DNA from: Octopus sinensis
Lineage: Eukaryota
Direction: 5' to 3'
DNA length: 64,000 nt
NCBI RefSeq assembly: GCF_006345805.1
Contig: NC_043000.1
Span: forward strand, 43,958,001-44,022,000
Each line of letters opens with the position of its first letter. Position 1 is the stretch's first letter. The position numbers were made by a program, and so were the translations under genes. The notes under the pieces are model-generated. The model was not told where the DNA came from. It searched no databases and saw only the letters and a program-made list of their open reading frames with translations. Of the stretch, positions 25,191 through 38,713 are shown in pieces.

Positions 25191-26309
25191 GTATGTATGT
25201 ATGCGTATATGTATAATTTGGTACAGTGCTTGTACGGTTATAGCATCCTATTTTCTTCTAGTTGAAGAAGTTGCTCCTTATAAAATTCTGTGTCAAATAA
25301 TGCGTCAGAAAACTGCGAATTCCTTATCAAGAGTAATTTGAAGGGGATATAACTTCTATTACGAAGAAGTTGATTGATCATCTAGCCTATTTTTCGTTTA
25401 TAAATACTCGGCTGTTAGCTTAGTTTGCTATATTTTAATAACAGGACATTAAATTTAGCCTATGGTGTTGTAAACGAAATTATCTTTGTACACTTCTGCT
25501 ACAAAGAGCTATATAATATAAATGTTAAAGTATATAAAATTAGCATGATGTGCTTGTTATATGATTGCATTGTTGTCATTCATTAGCCCAAGTTCAGAAT
25601 TTTTTTGAGCTAAGTTCTAATCATTTCCATACTTAAACGGTCCAACTAATTTGTTTTAGTTATTTATGAAATACTACATCAATATAGTCCTTACGTTATT
25701 TTCCCTTCATCTGCAAGGAGATTTGGCATGGTGCATGAAAGACGCCGCTGCTATTTCTATCATTTCATGCTATTTTCATCAGTTCGTTTCTTTGCCATTC
25801 CTTACATTTCTGTATTAAGTCATTTCCAATTCATTGACCAATAAATAAGTATAAATGACTCTAAATGGAACTGATGTATGAAATGTAAGTGGACGTTCAT
25901 TAGTACGTTTTGTGATCAAAAGTAAGTCTACAATATTGTATAAAAGTATTTATAGTAGTAAATGGTTATTCAAAAGTAACAAACGTTGACAGTTTGCTAT
26001 ATTATTGTATAATTGATTGTATATAACTAGTTATATAACTGAAAAATATACACAAGTAGTAGACTGTATTTGCACGTGAAAAGAGATGGTTCGAAGTCAT
26101 AATTGTTTCATGTTCCAAAGATCAAACATGAACATATCAGGCTTATCTATGATCGATACTCTGTAAAGAAATGTACAAGAATTTAAATAGTCTGAAGCAT
26201 AGCAGCGCGGATCATAAGGTTGATTTGCACTATAGTCATCTTCAGGAAGTATCTACTGTTAGACCCCCAAGCACTACTTAGTTTAGAATTTATTTAGCAG
26301 ACAGAAATT

Positions 26310-26620
26310 ATGTGGAAGTCGTCGTCAGCAACATTGCAGATGTGTGTGCAGCTGTGAGGGGAAATTGTTGAATCACCATCCGTGAATTATCAGATGTGCA
26401 GATTAGTTACAATTCAGTTCAGTCCTTTATCATTGAAGATTTAGGTATGAGACGCGTGTCTGACAAACCCGCTTTCAACTGACAATGCACCTGCTCATTT
26501 AGCGCAGCTTGCGCATCAGTTTTTGGCTAAGAACAGCATTCCCCAGATATCCCACCTTGCGACTTTTTCCTTTTTCCAAAAGTCAAATCTCGCTTGAAAG
26601 GAAGGAGAATTTAGAGTATA
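26310..26620 (+). mobile_element. Internally deleted mariner transposase fragment
   Basis: ITIRELS...SVQSFIIEDLGMRRVS joined to DNAPAHLAQLAHQFLAKNSI and CDFFLF-K-KSRLKG. Confidence 0.8.
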
Positions 26621-28504
26621 AATATCAAACTGAACATATTTACTTGGGAGGACTTATTCCTTTCATTTCTTCAAGGCGATGTCCCAGGTTGGCCGGGGTT
26701 CACTTACTGAAATAAATATGGCTTACTAGTACATCAATTTGATGTACAAGTAAACCATGAAATATATGAGAAAAAAACGCACACTAATAACAAGATTTGT
26801 CTAACAGACTATTCAGCAATATTTCTTACACGCTCACACACTCACACGCACACACGCACACAAACAGAGAGATACACACGCACACAAACGCGCACACATT
26901 TCTGTAAATAATTACTCAGTACTATCTCTCCCTCAATATGTATATATGTATTTATATATATACACATATATGTGTGCGTATGTATGTACATATATGTACA
27001 TTTGTGTGCATATCCATCTATTTGTGTGTCAGTTTATGCGTTCGTTTTCTTTCAATTCGTTGGCTCGCAATCGGTCAGATGTTGTTTGGCATTTGCAAAT
27101 TAGTGGAGTCTAACCCTGTGTTTGTTCCCCAGAGTAAATGATTGACAAAAAGTGATAAATAGCCAGGGACAGAAGGAAATCGCCTGCAGCACTGATATCA
27201 TAGACAGCGGATATCCAAATATGTCAGGAAAAGTATTTGAATTCTGAAGTTAGAGAGCGGAAATTAATATCAATTCTCCTGCTATGGAATCTAATGTGCA
27301 TTCCATTGGTAACTCCCTTAGTATGACTTACACCAGAAACCCTACAATGAGGTCAAATCGAGAATGTCAAAGATATTAGGCTAAATTTTTAATTAGTCTT
27401 TTAAGGTTTCTGAATTTAGTTTTGTTTTGCATTCCTAAATGCCATCGCAGCTTCTAAAGATATTCCTTACTCAATACAGACGCACGCATACACGCAGACA
27501 TACACATACGCAGATACACACACACACACACTCATGTATTTGGTCGCTATGAGTCTACCACACTTTGTTAATCAAATTACTGTTCTGACGATTCTTCTCC
27601 GACTTTCATGTTTCCCAGAATTGTTTCAGATCAGAGTGTTCATTTTCATTTGTTTGTAGCATATATTATTCCTAATTTTATTTTTATGGCAATGAGTAAT
27701 GCATGCTATACTATAGATATATCGTTGTTTGATAATGTGTTCATCGCTATGCTAATAGTGATATACTTAGTTCCTACGACACTTCATACGCTGTTTGTTC
27801 TCTTCTACTGATTGTTACGTTACTTTTATTAATTATAGAGGTTGTGTATGCACATTTATGGAAGTCAGAAAGTTGAATGAGGAGAAGATTCTTAATTGTT
27901 TACTTATTTTTGCAATTAATTCTATAATTTATTGCTGCTTTTGTCATTTAGATGCTCTTGCAATCATAACTATCTATACTTCAAAGAGAATGTGCAAACG
28001 CGTGTGAATAACTTTCTCAAGCCGAAATTCTCTTTTCCTCGTGAAAATATTCTTTCTGAAAATGTCTGTGTTTGTATTAGACAAAAGTTTACTACCATTT
28101 GTTTCTAAATGTTGAAAGCGAAACTTGAAATAATGAAAAGTTGAAATGATGACATAAAGTCATTTAGAATTGTCTAACAGAGATTAGAACAGCTAAGCGA
28201 AAAGTAAAGAAATTAAAAACTATAATTTAAGACAGGTTTTGAAGGTTCTCGATGAAGAAAGCTATTATGCTTAAAATTGAATACTGATTGGTAATATTAA
28301 CTGGAACAGAAATTCAGAAAGCAGATTCTGCTAAATCGATTGAAACATGACGGCATAGAATAATTGGGTCCTGTATAACATGTGTAAAATAATAAATTCT
28401 ATCTATAAATAGTACGCGAATACGAATGCTGGTCGGCTGAATCCATCATGAAGATCCCCCCACCACCACCCGCCTCCCTTTTGCCGGCAAGGGCCGAAAA
28501 GCCA

Positions 28505-29340
28505 AGCCAGCTTTGTATGTGTTCCTGTTAGGTATATTAACCAGACTTTCGCGATGTTGTCGTGTTCGGATGCCTTCCATTTTCCTAGATTTTGCAGTAC
28601 ATGGGTTACCTCTTCAGTTGTTATAAGGGTCCAGAGTTGTTCAGCTGCTGTGTTGTTTTGATAGACTTCTGTGAGATTGTCCTTTCGTAGACCTTATTTC
28701 GTTCCATACTTCTTCCACCTCTTCTGCTATTGGTGCTGCATTGATCTCTTCTATTTTTGCCAAGTTCTTTGTAGAATCTTTTGGGGTTGAAGTTGAACTG
28801 TTTGTTTTGTTCAAAGAAACTTTGGCATTTCTCATACTGGCGGTTTCGTTGTGCTTTGGCAAAAATATCTTGCTTTATCTTTTCTTTTAACTCTGTTTCT
28901 TTTAACCTTGTTTTGTAATCTTCTATTTACGTAGTATTTCTTTTATCTTCTTGTTGCTTAGTAGCATTTATTGTCTACTAGTTTCATTAAGGAATGACAA
29001 ATCGTTTCTCTTATTTTCTATTTTCTTGGATATTGTTTATCCACAGACTTTATTTAGTTCGTGATGCACCTTTTTGGATGGGTGTTAATGGATATGCAGA
29101 TTCTTTTGTGGCTACAGAGGTTGCTACATATATAATTTAACCTGGCCATATTGACGTTTCTCTGGATATTAATACTGTGACGGCCAGGTTCTGGCTATTT
29201 ATTACTGACGTTGTTTTAGTATCGACTTTAAGTTTTGCAAGACACAATCTGTGTTCTATAGTGAGACCTGTGGCTTTCAATTCTTTGATTAAGCTCATTG
29301 TTGAGTATCATGATCATTAGTTTCACCTTCACTGTTTCCA
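28505..29340 (-). mobile_element. R4/Dong-like (RLE-type) non-LTR retrotransposon fragment, pre-RT and start of RT
   Basis: Minus-strand peptides ISKKIENKRNDLSFLNE, FFEQNKQFNFNPKRFYKELGK, APIAEEVEEVWNEI, EEVTHVLQNLGKWKASEHDNIAKVWL. Confidence 0.75.
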
Positions 29341-29561
29341 GAATTTAGATTGGCTTCATAACCCCCCCCCCGTTCATATTTGCATCTGTGGCGTTCTACT
29401 TTTGTGCGTTTGCTCATCATTATGCAATCCTATGGTCTGAGTTTGCTGTCTTTCGTCATTCTTCTTCTTCTTTTTCTTCTTCTTCTTCTTCTTCTTATTA
29501 TTATTATTATTGTTGTTGTTGTTGTTGTTATTGTTGTTGTTAGTGTTGTTGTTGTTGATCT

Positions 29562-29720
29562 TAAAGCTGCGAGCCATTACAAACGTTAGTACTGCAGGAT
29601 CTGAGTTCAAATTCTATCAAGGTTGACCTTGCTTTTTATCATACGTTATGAAATCTGTATTAGTTACGGTCTGGGGTCGATTATATCGACTAGCCCCCGC
29701 CCTCTAAATTTCAGGCTCCG
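29562..29720 (+). mobile_element. Degenerate SINE family A between trinucleotide repeats
   Basis: CTGAGTTCAAATTC...CTGGGGTCGATTATATCGACT; (TTC)/(ATT)/(GTT) tracts at 29455-29555 and 29740-29885. Confidence 0.65.
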
Positions 29721-30473
29721 TGCCTTTAGTAGAAAGACAATGTTGTTGTTGTTGTTGTTCTTCTTCTTCTTCTTCTTCTCCTTCTTCTTTTCTGTCATAG
29801 TTTTATTCTTGTGGTGGTTATTATTGTCATTATTGTAGTTCTAGTGGTAGTATAGCAACAGTTGTTATTGTTGTTGTTGTTGTAGAAAACTACTAGTTCT
29901 AATATTTTCATACCTATAGTTATTTGTGAGGTCCTATTCTAAGAATACAAATTTTATGTTTCTGAAGAGTTGTCGCATTCTCTTTTGTAGCACAAATACG
30001 TTATTCATTGATTCTGCGTTTATCTCAGTTTATTGTTTGCGGTAGAGTTATTCATTTTGTTGTTCGTTTTATATGTGAGCGGTGTTCAATTTCGCAGGCG
30101 TACTGATTAGTGTTGCGGTACCCTTAGATCTAATTAAGTGCAGCTTTGTAGAATGAGGGATATAAATTATTTTTATTATAAAACGCTGGGTATCGGTTAT
30201 GCAGGTCACTTGTTACTCTGTTATTGTATAGATTAAAATGTTTTGTGCATTGTGCATCTGAACTAATAGAGTCATGCAAATGATATTATTTTCTTAGAAG
30301 ATCTGTTTTAATGTCTCTTGGTAACATATGAGTGCTGGTTGGTTTTGTACGTTTGTTTATATTTATTTCTCCCATACATTGTTCTCGTGTCATTGTTAAT
30401 ACTGGCTGTAATGTCATGCATCATAGCCTTTTTCTTTACTTCTCGTTCACATCATATTCTCAATGTTTTTCAG

Positions 30474-30704
30474 CATCTTTCACGATACAATTTGGTTTTA
30501 TTAGATAAAGACACCCGTCAGCATACAAATATTTTCATTCCGGATCGAGTTGGAGTAAATAGATTATATAAATACTTTGTGGCATATGTAACTGTTACAA
30601 AAGAACACAGAGAGGCAAAGGCAAAATTGATGAATATGTACTGGAGAAGATTATGCCAACTACTGAAAATAAATCCAGTGTTTGGAATGACACCATTGGT
30701 ATAA
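30474..30704 (+). CDS. Possible host coding exon, unidentified (HLSRYNLVLLDKDTRQ...KINPVFGMTPLV)
   Basis: Pyrimidine-rich acceptor ...TTCTCAATGTTTTTCAG at 30473, 76 open codons of non-repetitive sequence, possible donor GTATAA at 30699; no homology recognised. Confidence 0.25.
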   Translation, partial: HLSRYNLVLLDKDTRQHTNIFIPDRVGVNRLYKYFVAYVTVTKEHREAKAKLMNMYWRRLCQLLKINPVFGMTPLV

Positions 30705-31147
30705 ATATCCATAGAAGTTATAATCTACAGCTTTAATATAAAATATTTGTAAATAAAGTAATTGGATGGTGATACAAAATCTCTTAACCTCTCCAAATAT
30801 TGTAAGTTAAAATGAGTTTACTAAAGAGAATCAGATAAATGTTGAATAAAATATACAATTAATTAATAATGCAAATATATAAAGCGTTTGCAATACAAAG
30901 TTACTTTGACGGAATACTCCCCACCTCTCGCTCTCCCTCATTGCAGCATATTTTTGCTTGCATATCTTTTTCATATTTTTGGTGTCCTTGAAATATAATA
31001 GTTCTTTTTCTATTGTTTTGAGGGTGTACTTGTTACTATTTTCTAATCATAATATATTTGGAGCCCTTATGTAAATAATTTATTATATATTTCATAATTT
31101 AATCAAGCCCCTACCGCCCTGTGTTCCTTTTAATAATAATCTCTCTA

Positions 31148-31362
31148 GGCGGCGAGCAGGCAGGATCGTTAGCACACCGGGCGAAATGTTTTGCCGTATT
31201 TCGTCTGCCGTTACGTTCTGAGTTCAAATTCCACCGAGGTTGACTTTGTCTTTCATCCTTTCGAGGTCGACAAATTAAATACCAGTTGCGTACCGAGGTT
31301 AATGTATTCGACTCCGCTCCCCCAAAATTTAGGGACTTGTGCCTAGTGTAAAAAAGAATAAT
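31148..31362 (+). mobile_element. SINE family A, alternative tail
   Basis: GGCGGCGAGCAGGCAGGATCGTTAGCACACCGGGCGAAATG head; tail CCCCCAAAATTTAGGGACTTGTGCCTAG differs from the 630-859 tail. Confidence 0.85.
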
Positions 31363-33029
31363 TATCTCTCTATTTCTAGTTTTTTTCGTTGCCTGTCTAT
31401 GTTAAAAGCAGTTCTACTTTTCTGGGCTGTCATTTAACGTTCAATTTAAAATATTGTAATTTAGTAGTGGCAGAGCAGGGGTGTATTTGCTACATTTAGC
31501 CTCGTTTAAAGAATTGATCTAAAGCGTATTATTCCTTCTTAAATGTCTTTTCTGATAATTTCTACCTCATAACATCTGAAGGACGGGAATGCCAATCTTA
31601 ATTCTAATTAACCTTTACCAATGTACTTTATCAAGCATGATAATAGTATTTTTATGAAAGTTTCATATATCGAGTGGTGAACAGTTGCGCTAACTCAGAT
31701 CTCATGCCAACATCTCGGGTAAATCTCCATCCTGTTTGCAGTCTTGAACCCACCTGCATTCGATCGACAAATAAAAATGAAAAAAAATATATTTTGTTTT
31801 GTGATTTATAATTCCTCTGTTTATGAGTATGAACTTTGCTGTCCAATTGTTAAGTCAGTTGCAGATTGTTAATTCATTCTCTTATCAAAGTACTCTTCTA
31901 TCAATTAATGTCCCACCCCTGTTAAATAATTAAACAAGTTTAATCTCATCACGTTCTTCCAGTTCTTATGCGAGTTCTAATCTCATCATTCTTCCAGTTC
32001 TAATCTCATCATGTTATTTCAGTTGTTATGCGAGTTATCTGTTGCATGTCCTGTTAAATTACTTCAGATAACAGGTTCAGTGTTTTAAAAAATTTGCCCT
32101 AGTGTTTTCAGTACTGCATTGATTTCTAGATTAACACTTTTTCTGAACATATAATTTGAGATTGCATTATTTTAAATATTTCGGATGCTATTTCGGGATG
32201 CTTTGTGATTTAGTGGAGATCCGTTGATTCGGACGAATTTTTATTTCAAATAATGTTTTTGTTTTTTCCTAAGTTATATAGTTCTAACGTATTTTTCGCT
32301 TTAGTATTCTTCTGATATGCTGTTTTAATGAGTACCCCGGAATCATCGATCTTCCGTATTTTCTGTGTTGCCTTTTCTATATATTGTATATTAATGCTAT
32401 GAGGACTTACGTTCATTTGAATCCCTTGTGGGTACTCCAGATATTATTCCATTTGAGCTAATAGTATTGATGGTGCATTTCATCAAATTAAATTTAAATC
32501 TGCGATTGATTTGCATTTTTCTTTATATTATTATTTTATCACCGTTTGCCTGCATCATGTTTCATTATTTGATCGTTATATGTAAGGGGGCAGCACATCT
32601 CATTAAATCTCAGGAATATTTCTAGAGAGATCTTGCGTAAAATACAACAAAATTTAATAGCAACACCAACAATACCAGTGTCAATTCCGGTGTCCGTAAG
32701 TCATTTACACGGCATGGGATGGCTTACTAAAAACATTTAAGTCACCAGGAGCTAATTTATTGAACTACTTCACTCCCATTATCCATTCGCTCTCTCACAG
32801 AATTTCTCACTTTCTTCAATTCGCTTGTCAGATTTTCATCACTGAAACAACCAGCATTCTTTGACCCCAAATTTGTGTTCTTCGATATAAAAATGTATAT
32901 GGTTTCTCTAAGATATTTTAAAATTGAACCCCAGACTTTTGTGTAATAATTTTACTACATTCATCAAAGATGTACAATCTGAATGAAATGTTAGTCATAT
33001 GTATGACTGATCAATCGCACGTAGTGGCT

Positions 33030-33480
33030 AAAGGTTTAGGTCTATAACCTAGAATATGCAAATTTACGTAGCAGAGATATTCTCATGAGATTTCGTCCGC
33101 AAATCGCAAGAGACATTCTTGTGATTCAAGCAGAAAACAGGTTGAGACACTTCTGCAGATCGACATTGCGTGTCACAGTTACTCTTAGGTGGCGGGCTGG
33201 GTATCGCCCAAGTATTTTTAAATAGTACAAAGGTAAGTTTTATCGATGTATTCCACACGCTCTTTATCTCTCTGGTTATACACTGATGTTCCTCAAGTTC
33301 TGCAGTTCCTTTGCTAACCGCTCTTTTGTCATGTGATATTGCAAGATCTATTACTTAACACTGTTTGTACGTTGTGTCTTATGCAGTCATAGCTGGTTAA
33401 CTTGCTACTTGCTACAATATTATGGTCAGTGTTCAGATAAAAAACCATAAAATTCGTGATTATTATTCTTCCTCACAGGT
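33030..33480 (-). mobile_element. R4/Dong-like LINE C-terminal restriction-like endonuclease relic
   Basis: Minus strand ENNNHEF..TDHNIVAS.., VIDLAISHDKRAVSKGTAELEEHQCITREIKSVWN, a decayed PD..D...K pattern. Confidence 0.6.
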
Positions 33481-33919
33481 TTTATTTCGTGTTTATACGA
33501 GATTTATCTCACTGGGAATCCAAATATTTGGCCAAATTCCTCATGCACGCTTTTACCAACAGACATAGTACACAAGTACACATTTGCTATTGTTTTTCCT
33601 TTAGTTTCTCATTGTGATCGGAGTAGTGATGTTGTTGGTGGTATACGTTTGCGTGTAGAGATGTGCTGTGATGATGATGGGGCGAACAAAAATGAACGTC
33701 ATAGTGTACAAGTCATAAAACAAAGATTAAGAGAAATATAAAAGTAAAAGATAGAGGAAAGATAAAAGTAAAGACAACAGAAAAAAGTTTTCATAAATAG
33801 TTGTGTTGCTTCTAATGTTCATGTGATATGAAAATATAAATGTATACAACAAATAACAGAAATTCAGCGAATACCAAAACATCTACATATATTTATCTCT
33901 TACGATATATTACGAAGCA

Positions 33920-33934
33920 TATATATTTACACAT

Positions 33935-33980
<46 letters not shown>

Positions 33981-34067
33981 GTATATATATGTATATATAT
34001 ATGTGTGTGTGTGTGCGTATATATATATATGCATATATATAAATATATGTATATATATATATGTATA

Positions 34068-34112
<45 letters not shown>

Positions 34113-34120
34113 TATATATG

Positions 34121-34180
<60 letters not shown>
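33920..34180. repeat. (CA)n/(TA)n microsatellite
   Basis: Direct reading. Confidence 0.95.
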
Positions 34181-34654
34181 GCAGTATGTCTCTGAATCTA
34201 AAAAGTTTTTCTTGTAAGAAAAATATACCTAGTTATCGATGATTCCATTGGATTTTAGGGACCACTCGGTCAAGTTGCTCATTAGTTCAAATGTCGGTTA
34301 GGTGCATAATCAGCAATTACTACGAAATACACACATGCTCATATTCGTGTATGCACTCACGGACACACATGTATTACTGTTACGCTAGCTGTACTCTTAT
34401 GCGCAAATGTGTACGTATTAATATATTAGCGTGTATGTGAACATTTGCGTGAATGCATGTATGTATCTGCATATAGGGCTGTTACAAAACTCATGTGTAT
34501 AAATATTAATGTTTTCTTTCAATGATGAAGCTAAAAGATTCATACATCACCGTGTTGCATCTCATAAGAAAAACTAGAATATTGGAACACTAAAAGGAAA
34601 TTATTGTTCCAATGTGTTTTGTTGTCTGACGTTTCGAATGGATATATAATTCAA

Positions 34655-35064
34655 TTTACTCCTTTGCTCTTTTACCTGTTTCTGTCATTTGACTGCGGCC
34701 ATGCTGGAGCATCGCCTTTAGTCAAGGAAATTGACCCCAGGACTTATTTTTTGTAAGCCTAGTACTTATTCTATCGGTCTCTTTTGCAGAACTGCTAAGT
34801 TACGGGGATGTAAACACACCAGCGTCGGTTGTCAAGTGATGTTGGGGGTGACAAGCACAGGCACACAATCACACACACAATTATATATATATACATATAT
34901 ACAACGGGCTTCTTTCAGTTTCTGTCTACCAAATCTACTCACAAGGCTTTGGTCGGCCCAAAGCTATAGTAGAAGACACTATCCCAAGGTTCCATGCAGT
35001 GGGACTGAACCTGGAACCATGTAGTTGGTAAGCAAGCTACTTACCACGCAACCCTTCCTGCGCC
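34655..35064 (-). mobile_element. SINE family C, full length
   Basis: Minus-strand head GGCGCAGGAAGGGTTGCGTGGTAAG...GGTTCAGTCCC, internal TA/CA tract, tail GGCGATGCTCCAGCATGGCCGCAGTCAAATGAC; matches 49558-49957 and 59478-59887. Confidence 0.9.
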
Positions 35065-35698
35065 TTAACTGAATCATTTTTATAATCATCTGCCAATATG
35101 GTATAACAATCTATATAAAGTAGCCATATAATTGTAAAGGGTAGTTCAGTGTCATCTTAGTTGCCAGCAATTCCTCTAGACATATAGAAGTCTAAAATAT
35201 GGTGTGTTGATCTACATGTAATTTAGCATTGTTACTGTTAGTTATTAAGCAATACAATTCTGTTAATTACAGCTATGAACACACTTTGAAGAGCTAAGTG
35301 AAATTGACCTAGAGAGGAATTCACATATGTAATTCACACACTTATTTAGACCAACAGATATCGGGTAAACTGTGGAATATAACATATTTTTTCAGCTAAG
35401 CCAAAATTCGAAATCATGATCCTTATTCTGTTACCTTATTCTACGGTTATTTAGCTAAGATTTCTGTTGGTCCGTTGGATATTTTCACTCTCCATCAAGC
35501 TAGTGCTTTGGGTACCCTCTAATACACATGCATACATATACATACACCCCCCATATATATATATAAGACAAGAAACGATTGTAGTGGCGGTTTTTTTGAC
35601 TATTTATTAAAATTTATGTATTGATTAAGTCTTTCCTTGTTTGTTTTGCAAAATAGTGGTTTTGTCTCGAATAATATTTTATATATATATATATATAT

Positions 35699-36040
35699 AC
35701 AACGGGTTTCTTTTAGTTTCTGTCTACCAAATCCAGTCACAATGCTCTGGTCGATAGTAGGCGAGAGTTGCCCAGGTGCTACGCAGTGGGACAGAACCCG
35801 TGACAATGTAGTTGGTTAGAAAGCTTGCTGGTTCATTCTAACTTTTATCACAGTGTCAGGAACATTAGGGCAGGTAGGAAGTCGATTACATCCTCTGCAG
35901 TGCTCAACTGTACTTATCGTATCGATCTTGACACGACGGAAATCAAAGTGAAACCCAGCGTAATTAGATCTCAGAACGTGAAGAACAATAGGAAATTTAG
36001 GAAGCACGCTGCCATAATTACAAATTCGATGATACTTTAT
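35699..36040 (-). mobile_element. Adjacent degenerate SINE C head (35699-35824) and SINE A (35840-36040)
   Basis: Motifs GCAGTGGGACAGAACCC and (minus) CACGTTCTGAG...GATAAGTACAGTTGAGCACTG...GATGTAATCGACTT; explains ORFs 35816-36007 and 35825-36055. Confidence 0.65.
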
Positions 36041-38183
36041 AGACTACCCCAATAACGATTATCTTTATTAATAAGTAAGGTATTGAGAGAAAAATGTACC
36101 AGTAAATTATGAAAATAATATCAATGTGCTACAAACAAGCCCTGTAAGTATGTAACTTAGAATTAATTTGATAATACGTTATTTGTAAACACTATTATTT
36201 AGTGTGATACTCATCGCACTAATATGATTTCTCTATTATTTCAGTTTTTTTGTAATTTGCTGAGGAGAAAGAGTAATTTGCATGGAACAAAGAGTACCTA
36301 TTTTACTATGCACAATACACAGTTACCTATATTCTATGAACAATACACAGTTTGCTATTTCACTTTATGTTTGAGGGAATCAAAATGAGATTGATGCAAC
36401 GCAGTGAAACAGAAAAATTGGCGGGTACTTGGTATGTAGTTTGTTTTGACTGAGTGGTTTTATAATAAATATAATTCCAACGTGGGCGAATGCGTTTTAT
36501 GCTCAAATATACAGTATCTCAACTCATATAACATTTCATTACTTGGATAAGGATAAACAAAAGGCAATATTGATCATAATTTATTGACATGTGACAAAAA
36601 CGCCGGGGCACAGTATGTGGCACCTGCTTGTGCGTTTTTACTTTTTCGTGTAGCGTATGACATGTCTGAATATGCGTTGTATTTCAGGAATACATACTTA
36701 TTCAAATGTTAGGTATATTTATTGAGATATCTTTGTTCAAATCTGTGTTCCTGATATACTGAAGCTCAGAAAAATAAGATAGAATTCTTCAATATTTTTC
36801 AAATTTCCAACTAATGTCATTACATTTTCCGTAGGCGTATGTCTATATATCTAATGGAATACTACATTAGATAAGTATAATCTCCAATTTCAAGTATATT
36901 TATCATCATAAATATTTGCTCGAAGGTAATTGATTATGTTAACTTCAGGGAAATCAAAACAATTCCTCCACAAATTTAGTTCATCATTCTTACTTGAAAT
37001 ATTGCACACATGTGTATAGGCATAAAGAAGAACACATACATACACAATGACACCTATCGACATATTCATAGATACAGACACATATATTTTATAATTATCC
37101 TATAGAAAGCAATGTGGAGAAATTATTTACATGTATAGTTTTCATTAGTGATACGCCTAAATATCAAAATTAATATTTATACATACATACACACACACGT
37201 ACACACACACACATATATATATACATATTTACATACATACATATATATACATACGTAAATATACTTCACTATATTTTTTTTATGTTTTCTTAACTATTCT
37301 TTATTCTTCAATTTAATTAAATTGTATATTTCTGCAACGAAAAGAATATTTTTTCAAATTAAATAAAGAAATTAGTTGGAAATAATATAAACAAACAAAA
37401 GCGTTTTGCAAATAAAAATCAATCTCCAAAGAATACCGTGAGCAAATTAATGGGTCTGTTTTAAGTAATAGAAATATATTGTTATAATTCCCATTTTGTT
37501 TCCTTTCGTTTTCTTTTTAAATTGCTTATTCTTCACTTTTATTCAAATGTGACAGGGATTTTTTACTCGTTTACTGTTAGTTGAATTACTGCCATAAACA
37601 TTGTAATAATAATTCGCAAAACAATAGATATTAACGTCTATGCATGAATGTGTATGTGCGTGTTTATATATCCTTGTATTAGGAAATATAAGTGCACCCT
37701 ATATAACAGCATATAGGTGCACTATATATAAAAGAATTATTTACTATTAGGCACTGCTTATAATAAGAAAAATATTAGCAACTGTAGTCACTTTGCAGTT
37801 ATATAACAAAGTGTATGTAGCTTACCTAAATATCAGGAGCCATCAATGTGGGAATTACTGGTATGTGTATGATTCTCTCTATATATCGTTATATTTTGGG
37901 ATGGTGATTTTTGTTACCAAACAAACACAAGCACTATATATTTGGTCTTAATTTGTTTATTATTGTTCTCATTTTATGCCCATTGTCTGAAAATAGTTTC
38001 GCCACGTACCTGTGACCTCTTCCGCAATTTTCCATACTATGTGTCTCCTCCTGCTCTCTGTAGTTCATTTAACCCATGTGCTTATACACAAACACACACA
38101 TAGATACATATATATTTACATACATACACACAAACATATATATATATATATATGTATATAGATGTAGGAATATATACAAATAG

Positions 38184-38628
38184 CTCCACTCCTTGCAAAG
38201 AAGGCGAGAAAGTTATACAGTGTTATACATATGGAAGATTCTGGAAGGTCAAGTTCCCATCTTTGGAATTAAATCGATATACGAACCACTGGACTGGATG
38301 ACACTGCTAATACCCAAGATACCATCTTTATTTCAGATAATGACACAGTATTGCAACAACTTGCGTTTCAGGGGATAGCAGATGTTTAACATCCTGCCAA
38401 AGAACCTAAGAGATTTAAAACGTGTAGAATTGGAAACGTTCAAAGAGCATCTGGAAAAATTCTATCTGCAATCTGAGATGAGCCAACATCGCGCCAGGTG
38501 GCACAAAGTAGAGCAGCTTCTTTCAAGCTGCTTCTCCTCCAAAAGCAGTACCGAAAGGTAAACCCCAAAACATTGAAAGGTGATGCTCCAGTATGGCCCC
38601 ACCCTCTGAATGAAACCAGTAAAAGATA
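38184..38628 (+). mobile_element. CR1-type LINE 3' fragment
   Basis: LHSLQRRRESYTVLYIWKILEGQVP, FNILPKNLRDLK; tail GGTGATGCTCCAGTATGGCC...TGAAACCAGTAAAAGATA like the SINE C tail. Confidence 0.85.
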
Positions 38629-38674
38629 CCTCTCAATATACATATGTATGTGTGTGTATGTGTGTGTGTGTGTT

Positions 38675-38713
<39 letters not shown>

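Noticed and set aside
31960-32040. Short imperfect tandem TAATCTCATCA..TTCCAGTT (similar small duplications at 7895, 36305, 40863, 61987)
   Set aside because: Ordinary slippage duplications with no further structure.
33070-33233. Plus-strand exon ending at a perfect AAG|GTAAGT donor
   Set aside because: The region is better explained as the antisense of an RLE-LINE relic.
34628-34650. GAAACGTC half-hammerhead (minus) next to a SINE
   Set aside because: No matching CTGANGA half or stem was found on the other side of the SINE.
35816-36055. Two protein-looking ORFs
   Set aside because: The sequence aligns by eye with a decayed family A SINE on the minus strand.
37999-38046. Possible 48-nt minus-strand exon with CAG|GTACGT donor
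   Set aside because: Weak acceptor and no identifiable product.
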